Assembly: GCA_963727255.1 (NCBI GenBank)
Contig: CAVSFC010000001.1
Location: 14,454-78,453 of the forward strand
DNA: 64,000 bases
Direction of reading: 5' to 3'
From: an uncultured bacterium
GTDB taxonomy: Bacteria; Babelota; Babeliae; Babelales; Vermiphilaceae
The position numbers were made by a program, and so were the translations under genes. A model generated the notes under the pieces. That model worked only from the letters and a program-made list of their open reading frames with translations. It was not told the origin of the DNA and did no database searches. Shown one piece after another: positions 39,646 through 49,414 of the stretch; the first letter of the stretch is position 1, and the number at the start of each line of letters is the position of its first letter.

Positions 39646-41159
39646 AATTATTTACTATTTCTTCCATTTTACTTATATGTCTATCGCTCATTGGTTGCGA
39701 AATGCGGCGCGAGAAAAATAATAGAGAAAAAGTTGAGCATGGTTTACGTCATTCAATCATGATAGTAAATGAGAAAAATCCGCACATGTCACTTGCTGAA
39801 AGAATGAAATATCATAATGTACCTGCGGTAAGTATCGCGATGATTAATGATGGAAAATTGGAATGGGCCAAGGGTTATGGTCATATTTCCTTTGCTCCTA
39901 ACGCCCAAAAAGTTGATGCCGACACATTATTTCAGGCAGGCTCAATTAGTAAGCCTGTCACTGCGATGGGAGCTTTATTGCTTGTTGAGCAAGGCAAATT
40001 ATCACTTGATGCAAATGTAAATGACTATTTAAAGTCATGGAAAATTCCCGATAATGAATTCACAAAGAAAGAAAAAGTAACATTGCGGCGATTACTTTCC
40101 CACACTGCAGGAACCGGTGTTCATGGATTCCCCGGCTACTCAGTGGGCACGCCAATTCCAACCATAGTTGAGATTTTAGAAGGCAAGAAACCACTGGTGA
40201 ATACCGATCCGGTACGTGTAATTCAAACACCGGGAAAAGAAGTGAGCTATTCTGGTGGTGGAACGACTATAGTTCAGTTGCTCATCGAAGATGTAACTGG
40301 TGAAAAATTTGATGTATGGATGAAGAAGAATGTGCTGATACCTTTTGGCATGCATGCAAGCACCTTTGCCCAGCCGCTCACCCAAGATTATGCTAATCAT
40401 GCTGCCTATGGGCATAATAAAGATGGCAAGCCAGTAAGCGGAAAATGGTACATTTATCCTGAAATGGCTGCTGCCGGCTTGTGGACAACGCCAACAGATT
40501 TGGCCAACTTTCTCGTAACAATATTAAACATATCACATGGCAAAAAAAAGGGCCCTATAAGTCAAACCCTTATGCAGGAAGCATTAAGGCCACAAATGTC
40601 TTGCTCGTCAAAAGATAGCGCCTGCCTTGGATTTTTTTCAAGCGGTATGGAGAAAGAGAAAACCCTTGAACATGGTGGTGTTGATGAAGGGTTTATTGCA
40701 AATATGCGCGTGTACCCGGAACTTGGTAAGGGATGGGCGATTATGACGAATGGCATGGGTGGATCAATGCTTATTTCAGAAATTGAATCCAGCATTGCCG
40801 ATTCATATGCAATGCCCGGGCTGGAAGCTACCATAAAGACCCCAATACAATTGGATCCCGCCTCATATAGTAAATTTGCGGGTGTATACAAAGATCCAAA
40901 TGCAAAACAAGAGCACATTATAACCATTAGCATGCGCGGTGATGCATTGTTTATTGTAGACTCATATACATCCATAACGGATGAACGCCAATTATATCCT
41001 GCCAAAGAGGATATCTTTTTTACGAAAGAATGGCCGGTGGCGATACAATTTTTAAGCTCAGGCGATCAGATCGATCGGCTTAGGTTGATTGATAAAGATG
41101 GCAAGCCACTTTCAGATGAAAACCAAAAAGAAATGGTATTGAAAAAAAGTAAAAAATAG
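39642..41159 (+). CDS. Serine hydrolase (beta-lactamase class C-like), probable lipoprotein
   Basis: SISK, LLSHTAG, YSG, HGG; lipobox LIGC. Confidence 0.9.
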   Translation: MKLFTISSILLICLSLIGCEMRREKNNREKVEHGLRHSIMIVNEKNPHMSLAERMKYHNVPAVSIAMINDGKLEWAKGYGHISFAPNAQKVDADTLFQAGSISKPVTAMGALLLVEQGKLSLDANVNDYLKSWKIPDNEFTKKEKVTLRRLLSHTAGTGVHGFPGYSVGTPIPTIVEILEGKKPLVNTDPVRVIQTPGKEVSYSGGGTTIVQLLIEDVTGEKFDVWMKKNVLIPFGMHASTFAQPLTQDYANHAAYGHNKDGKPVSGKWYIYPEMAAAGLWTTPTDLANFLVTILNISHGKKKGPISQTLMQEALRPQMSCSSKDSACLGFFSSGMEKEKTLEHGGVDEGFIANMRVYPELGKGWAIMTNGMGGSMLISEIESSIADSYAMPGLEATIKTPIQLDPASYSKFAGVYKDPNAKQEHIITISMRGDALFIVDSYTSITDERQLYPAKEDIFFTKEWPVAIQFLSSGDQIDRLRLIDKDGKPLSDENQKEMVLKKSKK

Positions 41160-41173
41160 CTAAAGCGAACAAA

Positions 41174-42454
41174 ATGCACCAGAAAAAAATATCTCTTACG
41201 AGTGCCATCATCCTGACTATAAATATGCTGGTTGGCTCAGCAATTTTAGCATTTCCAGGTTTGATGACCGGTATCGCAGGTAATGCAAGCTTTCTATCGT
41301 GGGGAATAGTTGCTCTTTTATTCTTGCCTTTAGTACTGGGTGCTGTGGAATTGAGCCGTCTTTTTCCCGGCGCTGGTGGATTTTATATGTATGTAAAAGA
41401 GGGTTTGGGAAAAGAAGCAGGATATTTGGCTGGTTGGCTTTATGTCATCGGTTATACCTTCTCCATAGCCTTAGAAGGGCTTGCATTAAGAAAAATAGTA
41501 ACTTCTTATTGCTTCAATATTACATTCCTTGCTAATGCACTTATTTTTAACCTTTTATTTGTGGGCCTCCTAATACTCTTTAATATAATAAACCTTAAAG
41601 TACTGAGTAGATTTTTGAGTTTCTTTACGATTTGTAAAACATTGCCTCTTATAATCCTCATTTTGCTTATTCCATTTATATTAAATCCCAGCTTCACAAT
41701 CAGTAGCACTGAGTTTTCTTTATTGCCAGGCTCTTTGCCCTTGGCAATCTTTGGATACCTGGGCTTTGAATATTGTTGTAATATTTCTCAGCATATTGAA
41801 AATAGCAAAAAGAATGGACCGCGCGCGATTCTAATTGGATTTTTGTCTACCGCGCTTATCTACATGCTTTTTCATTTTGGTCTTTTGAACCTTATGGGTG
41901 CTCAGAAACTTGCTGAATGCGGCGCCCCTGCCTATGCATCATTTTTGAAAATGCCAATTCCTTATTTGAAGGAATTTATCAATTTCTTAATTCCTATTGC
42001 TTCTATTATTGCAATTGGTGCAACTGCTATCGCACTTCTTAATGCTAATACAGAAATTGTATATTTCATGGCCCAAGAAGGTCGTTTTTATAAATCAAAC
42101 TTATTATCAAAGGTTAACATTTACAACCGCCCTTATATAGCAGTGTTGTTACAAGGAGTAACGGTTTTTACGATAATAACTTGTGTTCCATATATTAATG
42201 TTATTAATGGTTTATGTAATGTAGCCTGTTTCTTAGGTTATCTACTTCCCTTTATTGCTTTATTGACTTTGCAAAGACGGCTTGCTGTTTATAGAAAAAT
42301 ACCTTTGACTGTTTTAGCCATTATTATTATTGTGGGTCTAATTTTTTATAACTGGCTCTTCATGGCCAATACAATTGTTGAACGATTGCTGTATACTGCA
42401 TTGCTTTGCGGAATTATTGGTAGCGGATTTTTGATTCGAAATCGCGAACACTAA
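41174..42454 (+). CDS. APC family amino acid permease (paralogue of 29655..30935)
   Basis: Same length (426 aa) and same motifs. Confidence 0.9.
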   Translation: MHQKKISLTSAIILTINMLVGSAILAFPGLMTGIAGNASFLSWGIVALLFLPLVLGAVELSRLFPGAGGFYMYVKEGLGKEAGYLAGWLYVIGYTFSIALEGLALRKIVTSYCFNITFLANALIFNLLFVGLLILFNIINLKVLSRFLSFFTICKTLPLIILILLIPFILNPSFTISSTEFSLLPGSLPLAIFGYLGFEYCCNISQHIENSKKNGPRAILIGFLSTALIYMLFHFGLLNLMGAQKLAECGAPAYASFLKMPIPYLKEFINFLIPIASIIAIGATAIALLNANTEIVYFMAQEGRFYKSNLLSKVNIYNRPYIAVLLQGVTVFTIITCVPYINVINGLCNVACFLGYLLPFIALLTLQRRLAVYRKIPLTVLAIIIIVGLIFYNWLFMANTIVERLLYTALLCGIIGSGFLIRNREH

Positions 42455-42462
42455 GATTACTT

Positions 42463-43335
42463 TTATCTTACCAATAATACTCGCGCTTCTTCTTCTGATA
42501 ACCACTTCTCATACTCAACCAAATGCTTCATCTGCAGGGTAGCAACTTCTTTATCAAGCTCACCCGGCACAAATCGTGCACCATTATAGTGAAATCCATA
42601 AAAAGGAATTGCTCGTTTTTTCATTTCCTGTGCAACTGATTCTACGCGTTCCATGCTATCATCAAAGAAAATCACTTTATCGGGTTTTAATGCGGTGCGA
42701 TCAAGAAATGCACCGAGTACTTGGCCCTTGGGAGATCCGGATGCAATTAAAATACCACGATATAATATCGGATGTTGTTCTTTTTTTGCCGGCAACTCAT
42801 TAAAAACCATATCGGGAAAGCCGGCCTTGGTAAAATCAAGCCCGAGCTTTTTTAAGGTGGTATAGCGCCATTCAGGCAATGAAGAAATAGCAAAATCTGA
42901 ACCGGACATGAGCGAGGTTAATACCATCACTTTCACGCTACGATTTTGCAAGTCAGCAATAGTTTGCATAATGCTCGGCTCAACCAGCATTGGAGTCTCT
43001 TGTTGCTTCCAAATACTCCAATAATACCCTTCTGGTTTTTTAGCATCCTGAAAGATGGTTTTTTGCGTTTCTTTAAGCCATTCAGTGTTATCTTCTATTA
43101 CTTTGACATGAAACACTGCGCTTGAAGGAACATACAGCACTTCGCGGACGTCAAAAAGCACCAAGCTATGGGATGTTGCAGCGCTTAGCGTATCTGCCGC
43201 TTGGGCGAAAGAATCGATAGATGTAATGGTATTTACCGTGGCAAAAAGCTGAGTCTGATGCCCGTAAAAAAGGCCTATTCCTATGGCTCCCGCTGCCAGA
43301 CTATAGATTAAAAGAAGTGATTTGTTCATTTTCAT
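42463..43335 (-). CDS. DUF2608 family protein (paralogue of 30932..31816)
   Basis: LVLFDVREVL; near-identical protein. Confidence 0.85.
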   Translation of the reverse strand: MKMNKSLLLIYSLAAGAIGIGLFYGHQTQLFATVNTITSIDSFAQAADTLSAATSHSLVLFDVREVLYVPSSAVFHVKVIEDNTEWLKETQKTIFQDAKKPEGYYWSIWKQQETPMLVEPSIMQTIADLQNRSVKVMVLTSLMSGSDFAISSLPEWRYTTLKKLGLDFTKAGFPDMVFNELPAKKEQHPILYRGILIASGSPKGQVLGAFLDRTALKPDKVIFFDDSMERVESVAQEMKKRAIPFYGFHYNGARFVPGELDKEVATLQMKHLVEYEKWLSEEEARVLLVR

Positions 43336-43553
43336 GGTATTTTACCCCTCTTTTTCAGATTAATGCCTTTTTTTGCTTTTGCAACCACAAACCTGTGGGA
43401 TTTTGTATAAGAAAACATGCCCCTTGAACTCACCCAAAAAACATTTTTATTTGTCAATCTATGCAAGATTTTACTTGCCATTAAGCATTTTTAGACTATT
43501 CTTAAAGATATACTATTGTACGTTTAAAACTTAAAAATACCTTTGGAGGTTAT

Positions 43554-44054
43554 ATGAAAAAGAACATATTAATTTTACTCAGCTTGGTTGCCTTCGGCGG
43601 AACCGTTTCAGCGATGCACAAATTAAGCATCGCTGATTTACAGGCAAAATTTGATGCTTGTGTGAAGAAGCACGATGAAAATCTTCATAGCGAGGATGAG
43701 CGATGCGACAGCTTGAGATATACTCATGGACGAGATAAAATCGGAGTATCTACCTGCAAAAACAATGCGCGTTATTTGCTTTCGCAGCAATGGTCATTAA
43801 TAAATGGCTGTGCCAACATTAAAGAAGAACTTGTAAAAAGAACGGAAAACGAAAGAGAAATCGAAGACAAAGAATTTAAAAAATGTCGCAGCGCGAATCC
43901 TAAAATCTTCGAACGAATAGATAATCTTTGTAGTCCATTAAAAGATAATGGAGAAAGAGCTGATTGCTTTGCATGGGCATTTATTCTCAAGGATGATCTT
44001 TGTGAGGCATTAAATGAATGTAATGCATCGCAAAAACAAAATAATGATAAATAA
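43554..44054 (+). CDS. Secreted Cys-rich hypothetical protein
   Basis: Leader MKKNILILLSLVAFGGTVSA-MH; multiple Cys. Confidence 0.8.
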   Translation: MKKNILILLSLVAFGGTVSAMHKLSIADLQAKFDACVKKHDENLHSEDERCDSLRYTHGRDKIGVSTCKNNARYLLSQQWSLINGCANIKEELVKRTENEREIEDKEFKKCRSANPKIFERIDNLCSPLKDNGERADCFAWAFILKDDLCEALNECNASQKQNNDK

Positions 44055-44068
44055 GCATTGAGGATCAT

Positions 44069-44470
44069 ATGAAAAAGAATGTATTAGTTTTACTAAGTTT
44101 GAGCGCTATTTCTCCTCTGGTTGGCATGGATCATGAAATCTCAATATTTAAAACCAATAAGACCCTTCAAGAAGAAACCAGGATTAGCTTTGATGAATAT
44201 CAAAAAATGGGCCTTTTAGAATCCTTTACAACAGATAAAAAAGTACAAATGACGCGGGAGCAAAGGCAAAAACTAAGCTATCTTAAAACGATTGCAATAA
44301 ATTCTGATGCAAGAATTCTTTTAAAAGGTACAGCCATCACTGCTACATTCGGCGCACTTTCATTTGTTGCAGCCTATCAAGGCTACCCTAAAATTGCTAT
44401 TGGCTTAGGGTCAGGCGCTGCTCTTTCTGCCGTAGGAACTACCGCTATAATTCTTGCCCCACCGCGTTAA
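44069..44470 (+). CDS. Secreted protein with C-terminal hydrophobic hairpin
   Basis: Leader LVG-MD; paralogue of 44952..45353. Confidence 0.8.
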   Translation: MKKNVLVLLSLSAISPLVGMDHEISIFKTNKTLQEETRISFDEYQKMGLLESFTTDKKVQMTREQRQKLSYLKTIAINSDARILLKGTAITATFGALSFVAAYQGYPKIAIGLGSGAALSAVGTTAIILAPPR

Positions 44471-44514
44471 TAACTACGATGAGATTGAAATGATAAATAA
44501 TTATTGAGGATCAT

Positions 44515-44931
44515 ATGAAAAAGAACGTATTACTTTTACTCAGTTTAGTTGCCTTCGGCGGATCAGTTTCTGCTATGGAAAATAATAACCAAAATCCTGG
44601 TGACGCTGCCATTACAAATAATCCAAAAGCATGGCTTGCTACAAAAATAGCCGGCGGTTTTGCGGGAATGTATGGCGGGCTTCTTGGCTTTTCAGCTCAT
44701 TTAGACTCTGGGTTTTATAAACACGAGCCATTACCTCTTCGACTTTTAGAAGGAACTCTTTCTCCATACTTTACAAAAAGTAGATTGGGAAGATTGACAA
44801 ATCTTTTTATGCTCGCTCCGATCATATACGGTAGCTGGAAAGGCGGGCAAGCGGTTTCAAAAGCGGCTTGGTATCCCGCATGGAATGGCGTTGATAAAAT
44901 TCAAAGATTTAAAGAATCTATCAAAAAATAA
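44515..44931 (+). CDS. Secreted/membrane hypothetical protein
   Basis: Leader VAFGGSVSA-ME; Gly-rich hydrophobic segments. Confidence 0.78.
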   Translation: MKKNVLLLLSLVAFGGSVSAMENNNQNPGDAAITNNPKAWLATKIAGGFAGMYGGLLGFSAHLDSGFYKHEPLPLRLLEGTLSPYFTKSRLGRLTNLFMLAPIIYGSWKGGQAVSKAAWYPAWNGVDKIQRFKESIKK

Positions 44932-44951
44932 GAAAATATGAGGATCATGAT

Positions 44952-45353
44952 ATGAAAAAGAATTTATTGCTTTTATTTTGCTTAATCACAATTACTTCTA
45001 TTGAGGGAATGGAAAATCCAAATTCGCTGATTAGAGCTAAAAAAACTTATCAAGAAGAAGAAGCAATAAGTTTTGAACAATATCACAAAATGAGTCTTTT
45101 AGGCGCTTTTACGACCTATAAAAAAGTCGAAATGACTCCGGAGCAACGGCAGAAACTGAGCAAACTAAAAAAGTTAGCCTTATATCCGGATGTAAAAGTT
45201 TTAACTACCGGCGTAACTATCAGCGCCTCACTTGCCGCCCTTTCAGCACTTGCAGCATATCAAGGCTATCCTAAAACTTCTCTTGGGTTAGGAGTCGGGG
45301 CCGGGCTTACTGCTGCGGGAACCGGGTCTATAATTCTTGCTCCGCCTCGATAA
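44952..45353 (+). CDS. Secreted protein with C-terminal hydrophobic hairpin
   Basis: Leader IEG-ME; ends IILAPPR like 44069..44470. Confidence 0.8.
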   Translation: MKKNLLLLFCLITITSIEGMENPNSLIRAKKTYQEEEAISFEQYHKMSLLGAFTTYKKVEMTPEQRQKLSKLKKLALYPDVKVLTTGVTISASLAALSALAAYQGYPKTSLGLGVGAGLTAAGTGSIILAPPR

Positions 45354-45398
45354 TATAAGTTCAAAAAAAGACTCAATCAAAAAATAAGGAATATCAAT

Positions 45399-45740
45399 AT
45401 GAATACTTTTTCCCGATTAGCATTACTTGGTGTGATGCTCAATGTTACAGGCGCATATCTTCATGCGGGTATACAAAATGGCAGGAATATTCCTGATGAG
45501 ATTTTGGTCCTGAATGACACAAATCAAGTAGCAACTATTAATGGCCAGTGCTATAACCCTCAGCAAGAAGCTCGCGTATTAACGACAGATCAAGCAGGAG
45601 CAGTAGAGCTCCAAGTTGGTGATCAGTCCTATGTTTTTGTTTACCCTCTTTATCAGGAAGGTGTCTCTACTCAAGAAATATGGAGTTTCTCGAGAGCTAC
45701 CGTATCTGATATAATGGCTGGGCGCGCAGCAATAGAATAG
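45399..45740 (+). CDS. Secreted hypothetical protein
   Basis: AAGGA RBS; signal peptide; 113 aa. Confidence 0.7.
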   Translation: MNTFSRLALLGVMLNVTGAYLHAGIQNGRNIPDEILVLNDTNQVATINGQCYNPQQEARVLTTDQAGAVELQVGDQSYVFVYPLYQEGVSTQEIWSFSRATVSDIMAGRAAIE

Positions 45741-45774
45741 GCACTTGCTAACAATAAATTTGTGCTAATTAATT

Positions 45775-45830
45775 ATCCAGGATGGATAAAATTTTAATGA
45801 AACATCTTATCTATCCTGGATTCATTTTTT
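45775..45830 (+). terminator. Hairpin / probable intrinsic terminator
   Basis: ATCCAGGATGGATAA..TTATCTATCCTGGAT (15-bp stem with one G-U pair) then TCATTTTTT. Confidence 0.6.
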
Positions 45831-45901
45831 AGCGTGAGCCGCTTTCCTTGGGACTTGGTTATAGATGGCAAAGAATAATAAAAAAATTTTAAGGATTATT
45901 T

Positions 45902-46570
45902 ATGCACGTGAGAATAGCTTCTCTATTTTTTTTAACAACATTGCTTTTGAGCACAATTTCTTCCGCTATGACTATTAACGGGAAAAAAATTAAAGAGCTC
46001 ATTAAGCCGGGGCAGGTATTAACCTACAATGATCAGGGTGCAGATAATGTGGTAGTTCGTATTAAAAATGGAAATATTGAAATCGGTTCATATAACATAA
46101 AAGATGCCGATCGCATGAAAGTGAGAGAATTTTACCAGATGCTCTGCAGCAACAAAGACAAATTAGTTCAGCGAATATCGCCAGATACCGTGGAACTTCG
46201 AGCATTAGGAGATATTACGGTAAAAGGTGCGTATTACTCCGGCGATGAAGAAGTGGTATTAGAATCTTGTAGCGATCTAACAATAACTGATGCAATCTTA
46301 AGAGCAAAACAAGTTGCCTGCATCGGCAAAACAATACATTTTGCAAACGGCTGCTTTCTTGAAACAAATCGATTGCAACTGGAATCCAAAGTACCATCTT
46401 CTTTATGCAAAATTATTCGATTTACGCTCGCAAAAAATAGTGAATTTCCTTCATCGGTCCAAGGAAAATTAAATTTCGGTACATTTTGCACTGATGAAAC
46501 AACCCAAGAGCTTTTGGTTGTAGGCGCTAATAAAGCTGAAATTGTACTTGCAGAACAGGCATTTGAATAA
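45902..46570 (+). CDS. Secreted hypothetical protein
   Basis: Signal SSA-MT; beta-rich. Confidence 0.75.
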   Translation: MHVRIASLFFLTTLLLSTISSAMTINGKKIKELIKPGQVLTYNDQGADNVVVRIKNGNIEIGSYNIKDADRMKVREFYQMLCSNKDKLVQRISPDTVELRALGDITVKGAYYSGDEEVVLESCSDLTITDAILRAKQVACIGKTIHFANGCFLETNRLQLESKVPSSLCKIIRFTLAKNSEFPSSVQGKLNFGTFCTDETTQELLVVGANKAEIVLAEQAFE

Positions 46571-46578
46571 GGCCCTTT

Positions 46579-47109
46579 ATGAATCAGATAAAAAGAATCG
46601 CCATTATCGGTAATGCCGGTTCGGGCAAATCAACTCTCACGCAAAAATTGCACACAATTACCAATCTTCCAGTATATTATCTTGACCAATATTTCTGGAA
46701 ACCAGGTTGGGTGCGAACTGATCCGGATGAATATAAAAAAATGCATGATGCCATTTGCGATAAAGATTCATGGATTATTGATGGCATCAATCTGAGAGTA
46801 ATGGAATACCGCATACAAAGAGCAGACATGATTATCTTTTTAGATATGCCGCGATATCTTTGTTTTTGGCGAATTTTTAAGCGAACTTTTAAAAATTATG
46901 GCAAAGAGACGACGAGTAGCCCGCAGGGTTGCCCCGAGCGATTTAATTGGGAATTTATAAAATTCCTCAAGTGGGTCTGGGATTTTAAAAAGAAATATCC
47001 GGCAGCAGTAAAAGCGTTACTCAAAAAATACTCTGATGACAAGCAGATTTATATTTTTAGATCACAACAAGAAGTTGATGCGTTTATTAAGAAGACAGGC
47101 AGCTTATAA
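46579..47109 (+). CDS. FlaR-like P-loop kinase (paralogue of 34840..35373)
   Basis: Near-identical protein. Confidence 0.88.
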   Translation: MNQIKRIAIIGNAGSGKSTLTQKLHTITNLPVYYLDQYFWKPGWVRTDPDEYKKMHDAICDKDSWIIDGINLRVMEYRIQRADMIIFLDMPRYLCFWRIFKRTFKNYGKETTSSPQGCPERFNWEFIKFLKWVWDFKKKYPAAVKALLKKYSDDKQIYIFRSQQEVDAFIKKTGSL

Positions 47110-48033
47110 AGCTTTTTGTTGCTCAGCTAATGGAACTAAATACTCCAATGCTTTAGTGCGGGAATCATGGCGCGTCCATCCCAATGCATTGCTGATGCTA
47201 TCTGCAATGGCAAATGGGGAAAAATAACGCGTCCAGGATCTTTTGGCATAATATTCATCCCACCCTTTAATACAGCGATTAGCATAATCTACCGCCCCTT
47301 GAGCACAATTAAGCTTAGTTGCAGAAACGATATCCGCCTCTTTTTCCATATATTGCGATAAACGAGAGCAAAGAGTCATCATGATAGCAAATGGGATAAT
47401 TGGATTTTTAGCAATAAAATCAACCGTTTTTTTAGCTGCTGTGATACATTTACCTTTAAAGTCATCTTTTTTGCTCGCGTTAGCCAATTGATCTAATTTA
47501 AGTTTTGCAAATCCAAGAATAAGCGGGACTCCGAATACTATAGCATACGTGCCAATCAGCATTTTCTCAGAATGATTCTTTTCTATATGAGTAATTTCAT
47601 GCCCCATTATATATTTTTGTATTTCTGGAGAATATGAAAAAAGTCGTTCTTCCAAAACAATATGATTTCCTTGAGCATAGCAATCTTTTCCACCACGATG
47701 GAATGTAATTTTGTGTTGCGGGTTCATGCCTCTCACGGCTTCCTGCATTGCTTCAGGTAAATCCAATACTGCCGCCCGCGAAGTCTTACTACTCGTCATA
47801 GCGAGCGCTTTAATAAAGTATGTCGCCCCATATGCTGCTATTAAAAGTGCTTGGCCTTCAGGAGATATTAAAAACTTTCCTCCCTTTTTTGCATAGGCAA
47901 TTGCTTTTCCCGCCAACTCTTTAGCCTTAGAAAAAATTCCAGGATTGGAAGGCGCCGGGTTTGCGGAAAGAGGGATATTAAAGAATAGTGAGAAGGTTAA
48001 AAATAATGCTAAAAAACGCATTCGAATCTCCAT
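47104..48033 (-). CDS. M48-like zinc metallopeptidase, membrane-associated
   Basis: GHEITH, TM segments, EKEAD and TRH..R motifs. Confidence 0.85.
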   Translation of the reverse strand: MEIRMRFLALFLTFSLFFNIPLSANPAPSNPGIFSKAKELAGKAIAYAKKGGKFLISPEGQALLIAAYGATYFIKALAMTSSKTSRAAVLDLPEAMQEAVRGMNPQHKITFHRGGKDCYAQGNHIVLEERLFSYSPEIQKYIMGHEITHIEKNHSEKMLIGTYAIVFGVPLILGFAKLKLDQLANASKKDDFKGKCITAAKKTVDFIAKNPIIPFAIMMTLCSRLSQYMEKEADIVSATKLNCAQGAVDYANRCIKGWDEYYAKRSWTRYFSPFAIADSISNALGWTRHDSRTKALEYLVPLAEQQKAL

Positions 48034-48240
48034 TTGAGCGCTAAGGAATTATCTCATTTTCCAGGATAGCAAAAAATATTATTTAATCAATTAAGCATTA
48101 TTACAAATTAGAATATATTTATAATAGAAAATAATATTAATTTTGCGTAGTGTCACAGGCTTTGTAGATCAAAATTTTTTTAGTATTTCTCACTACTTTT
48201 GTTACTCTTAGACCTGCAAAAAGCGTTTACAATAACATAG

Positions 48241-48303
48241 ATGTATGTTTTAAGATCACGCCAAGAAGTTGATGCTTTTGTTAAAAGTTTAAAGCATAGC
48301 TAG
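48241..48303 (+). pseudogene. 3'-end remnant of a FlaR-like gene
   Basis: Reads MYVLRSRQEVDAFVKSLKHS*, versus IYIFRSQQEVDAFIKK in both FlaR copies. Confidence 0.7.
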
Positions 48304-48344
48304 CACAGCAAGTGCCGTCTGATGTAGAAATTGGCAACCAATTT

Positions 48345-48875
48345 TTACTTTCTATTTTTAGTTCTTAAAAATTTTTCATATTCACTTGGCAATGGAATGC
48401 CAAAATGTTCGCATAATGCTCGCACATCATGATAATCATTCTCATCCAATTTATAACCCGTATGAAATTTCACCATCCATTCTAACGATATGCACTTGAC
48501 AGGATGGCCGTCTATTGTACCAACTCCGGTAAGTGATTCCAAAGGATATCTGACTCCGAAAATATTGTTACCGTGCGCATCAAAAGTATATGAATGAAAA
48601 TCAATTTCATGGCCTTCATTATCACCCATAACAAAATTACATTCTGTTGTATCAGCGCGAGGTATATCTTTATAACCTTTTGCTTCAAGTAATTGGCGGA
48701 GCCGAGGAACATATTTATGCTGCAAAGCGATATCCAGATCACCATGCTTACGTGTTTGTTTACCGAGCAATGCATCAACACCCCAGCCGCCATCAATTAT
48801 AATTTCAATATCGTTTTCTTCGCAAAGCTTAAGAATTTCAATAACATCTTGCGCTGGCATTTCTTTTTTTCCCAT
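48345..48875 (-). CDS. Lincosamide/aminoglycoside nucleotidyltransferase-like protein (Lnu/ANT(2'') family)
   Basis: DGGWGVDALLGKQTRKHGDLDI, IDFH and FHTGY motifs; probable start 48875. Confidence 0.88.
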   Translation of the reverse strand: MGKKEMPAQDVIEILKLCEENDIEIIIDGGWGVDALLGKQTRKHGDLDIALQHKYVPRLRQLLEAKGYKDIPRADTTECNFVMGDNEGHEIDFHSYTFDAHGNNIFGVRYPLESLTGVGTIDGHPVKCISLEWMVKFHTGYKLDENDYHDVRALCEHFGIPLPSEYEKFLRTKNRK

Positions 48876-48880
48876 CAGAT

Positions 48881-49414
48881 TCAATCTTTCATATAATGGC
48901 TGGCAACCCAATTAACCATTTCATCAATGGTCATTTTTCCTGAATCCAGAATTGGCACATTCATTTCTAATGCCTGGTCTTTTAAAAACTGTGCCCAATT
49001 ATCCATATCTTGATTAATCAATTCAGATTGCTGGCGATTAATGCGCAAGCGCTCATGCCGAATGGCATCATCGCAATGAATCAAAACTGTTTTATAATTG
49101 GTAAAGGTATGTTTTTTACAAGCTTCATCAAAAAACATTAAATTAACTTGACCCTCTAAAAATATTAATTTTGTATCTTTATATTCAGTAATAAGCTTAT
49201 CAACCCAACGTTCAGTCATAGCTCTTTGCCATTCGCTGGGACTGCCATACTGCTGGATCATTTCCTGAACAGAAGGAACACCGATGTTATCAAAATGAAG
49301 GCATACTGTTGATTCGGACGGAACTTGGCTACACAATTTCTTGAGTAATGTAGTTTTGCCAGCGCCTGAAACGCCAGATATAAAAAGAATAAAGGGAACA
49401 CTCATGTTTATCAT
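48881..49414 (-). CDS. Small P-loop kinase / AAA family protein
   Basis: ISGVSGAGKTT, HFD.IG and LEGQ motifs. Confidence 0.8.
   Translation of the reverse strand: MINMSVPFILFISGVSGAGKTTLLKKLCSQVPSESTVCLHFDNIGVPSVQEMIQQYGSPSEWQRAMTERWVDKLITEYKDTKLIFLEGQVNLMFFDEACKKHTFTNYKTVLIHCDDAIRHERLRINRQQSELINQDMDNWAQFLKDQALEMNVPILDSGKMTIDEMVNWVASHYMKD

Noticed and set aside
45745..45830. Possible sRNA or attenuator (TTGCTA promoter-like sequence plus hairpin)
   Set aside because: A terminator for the upstream array explains it; no recognisable RNA family.
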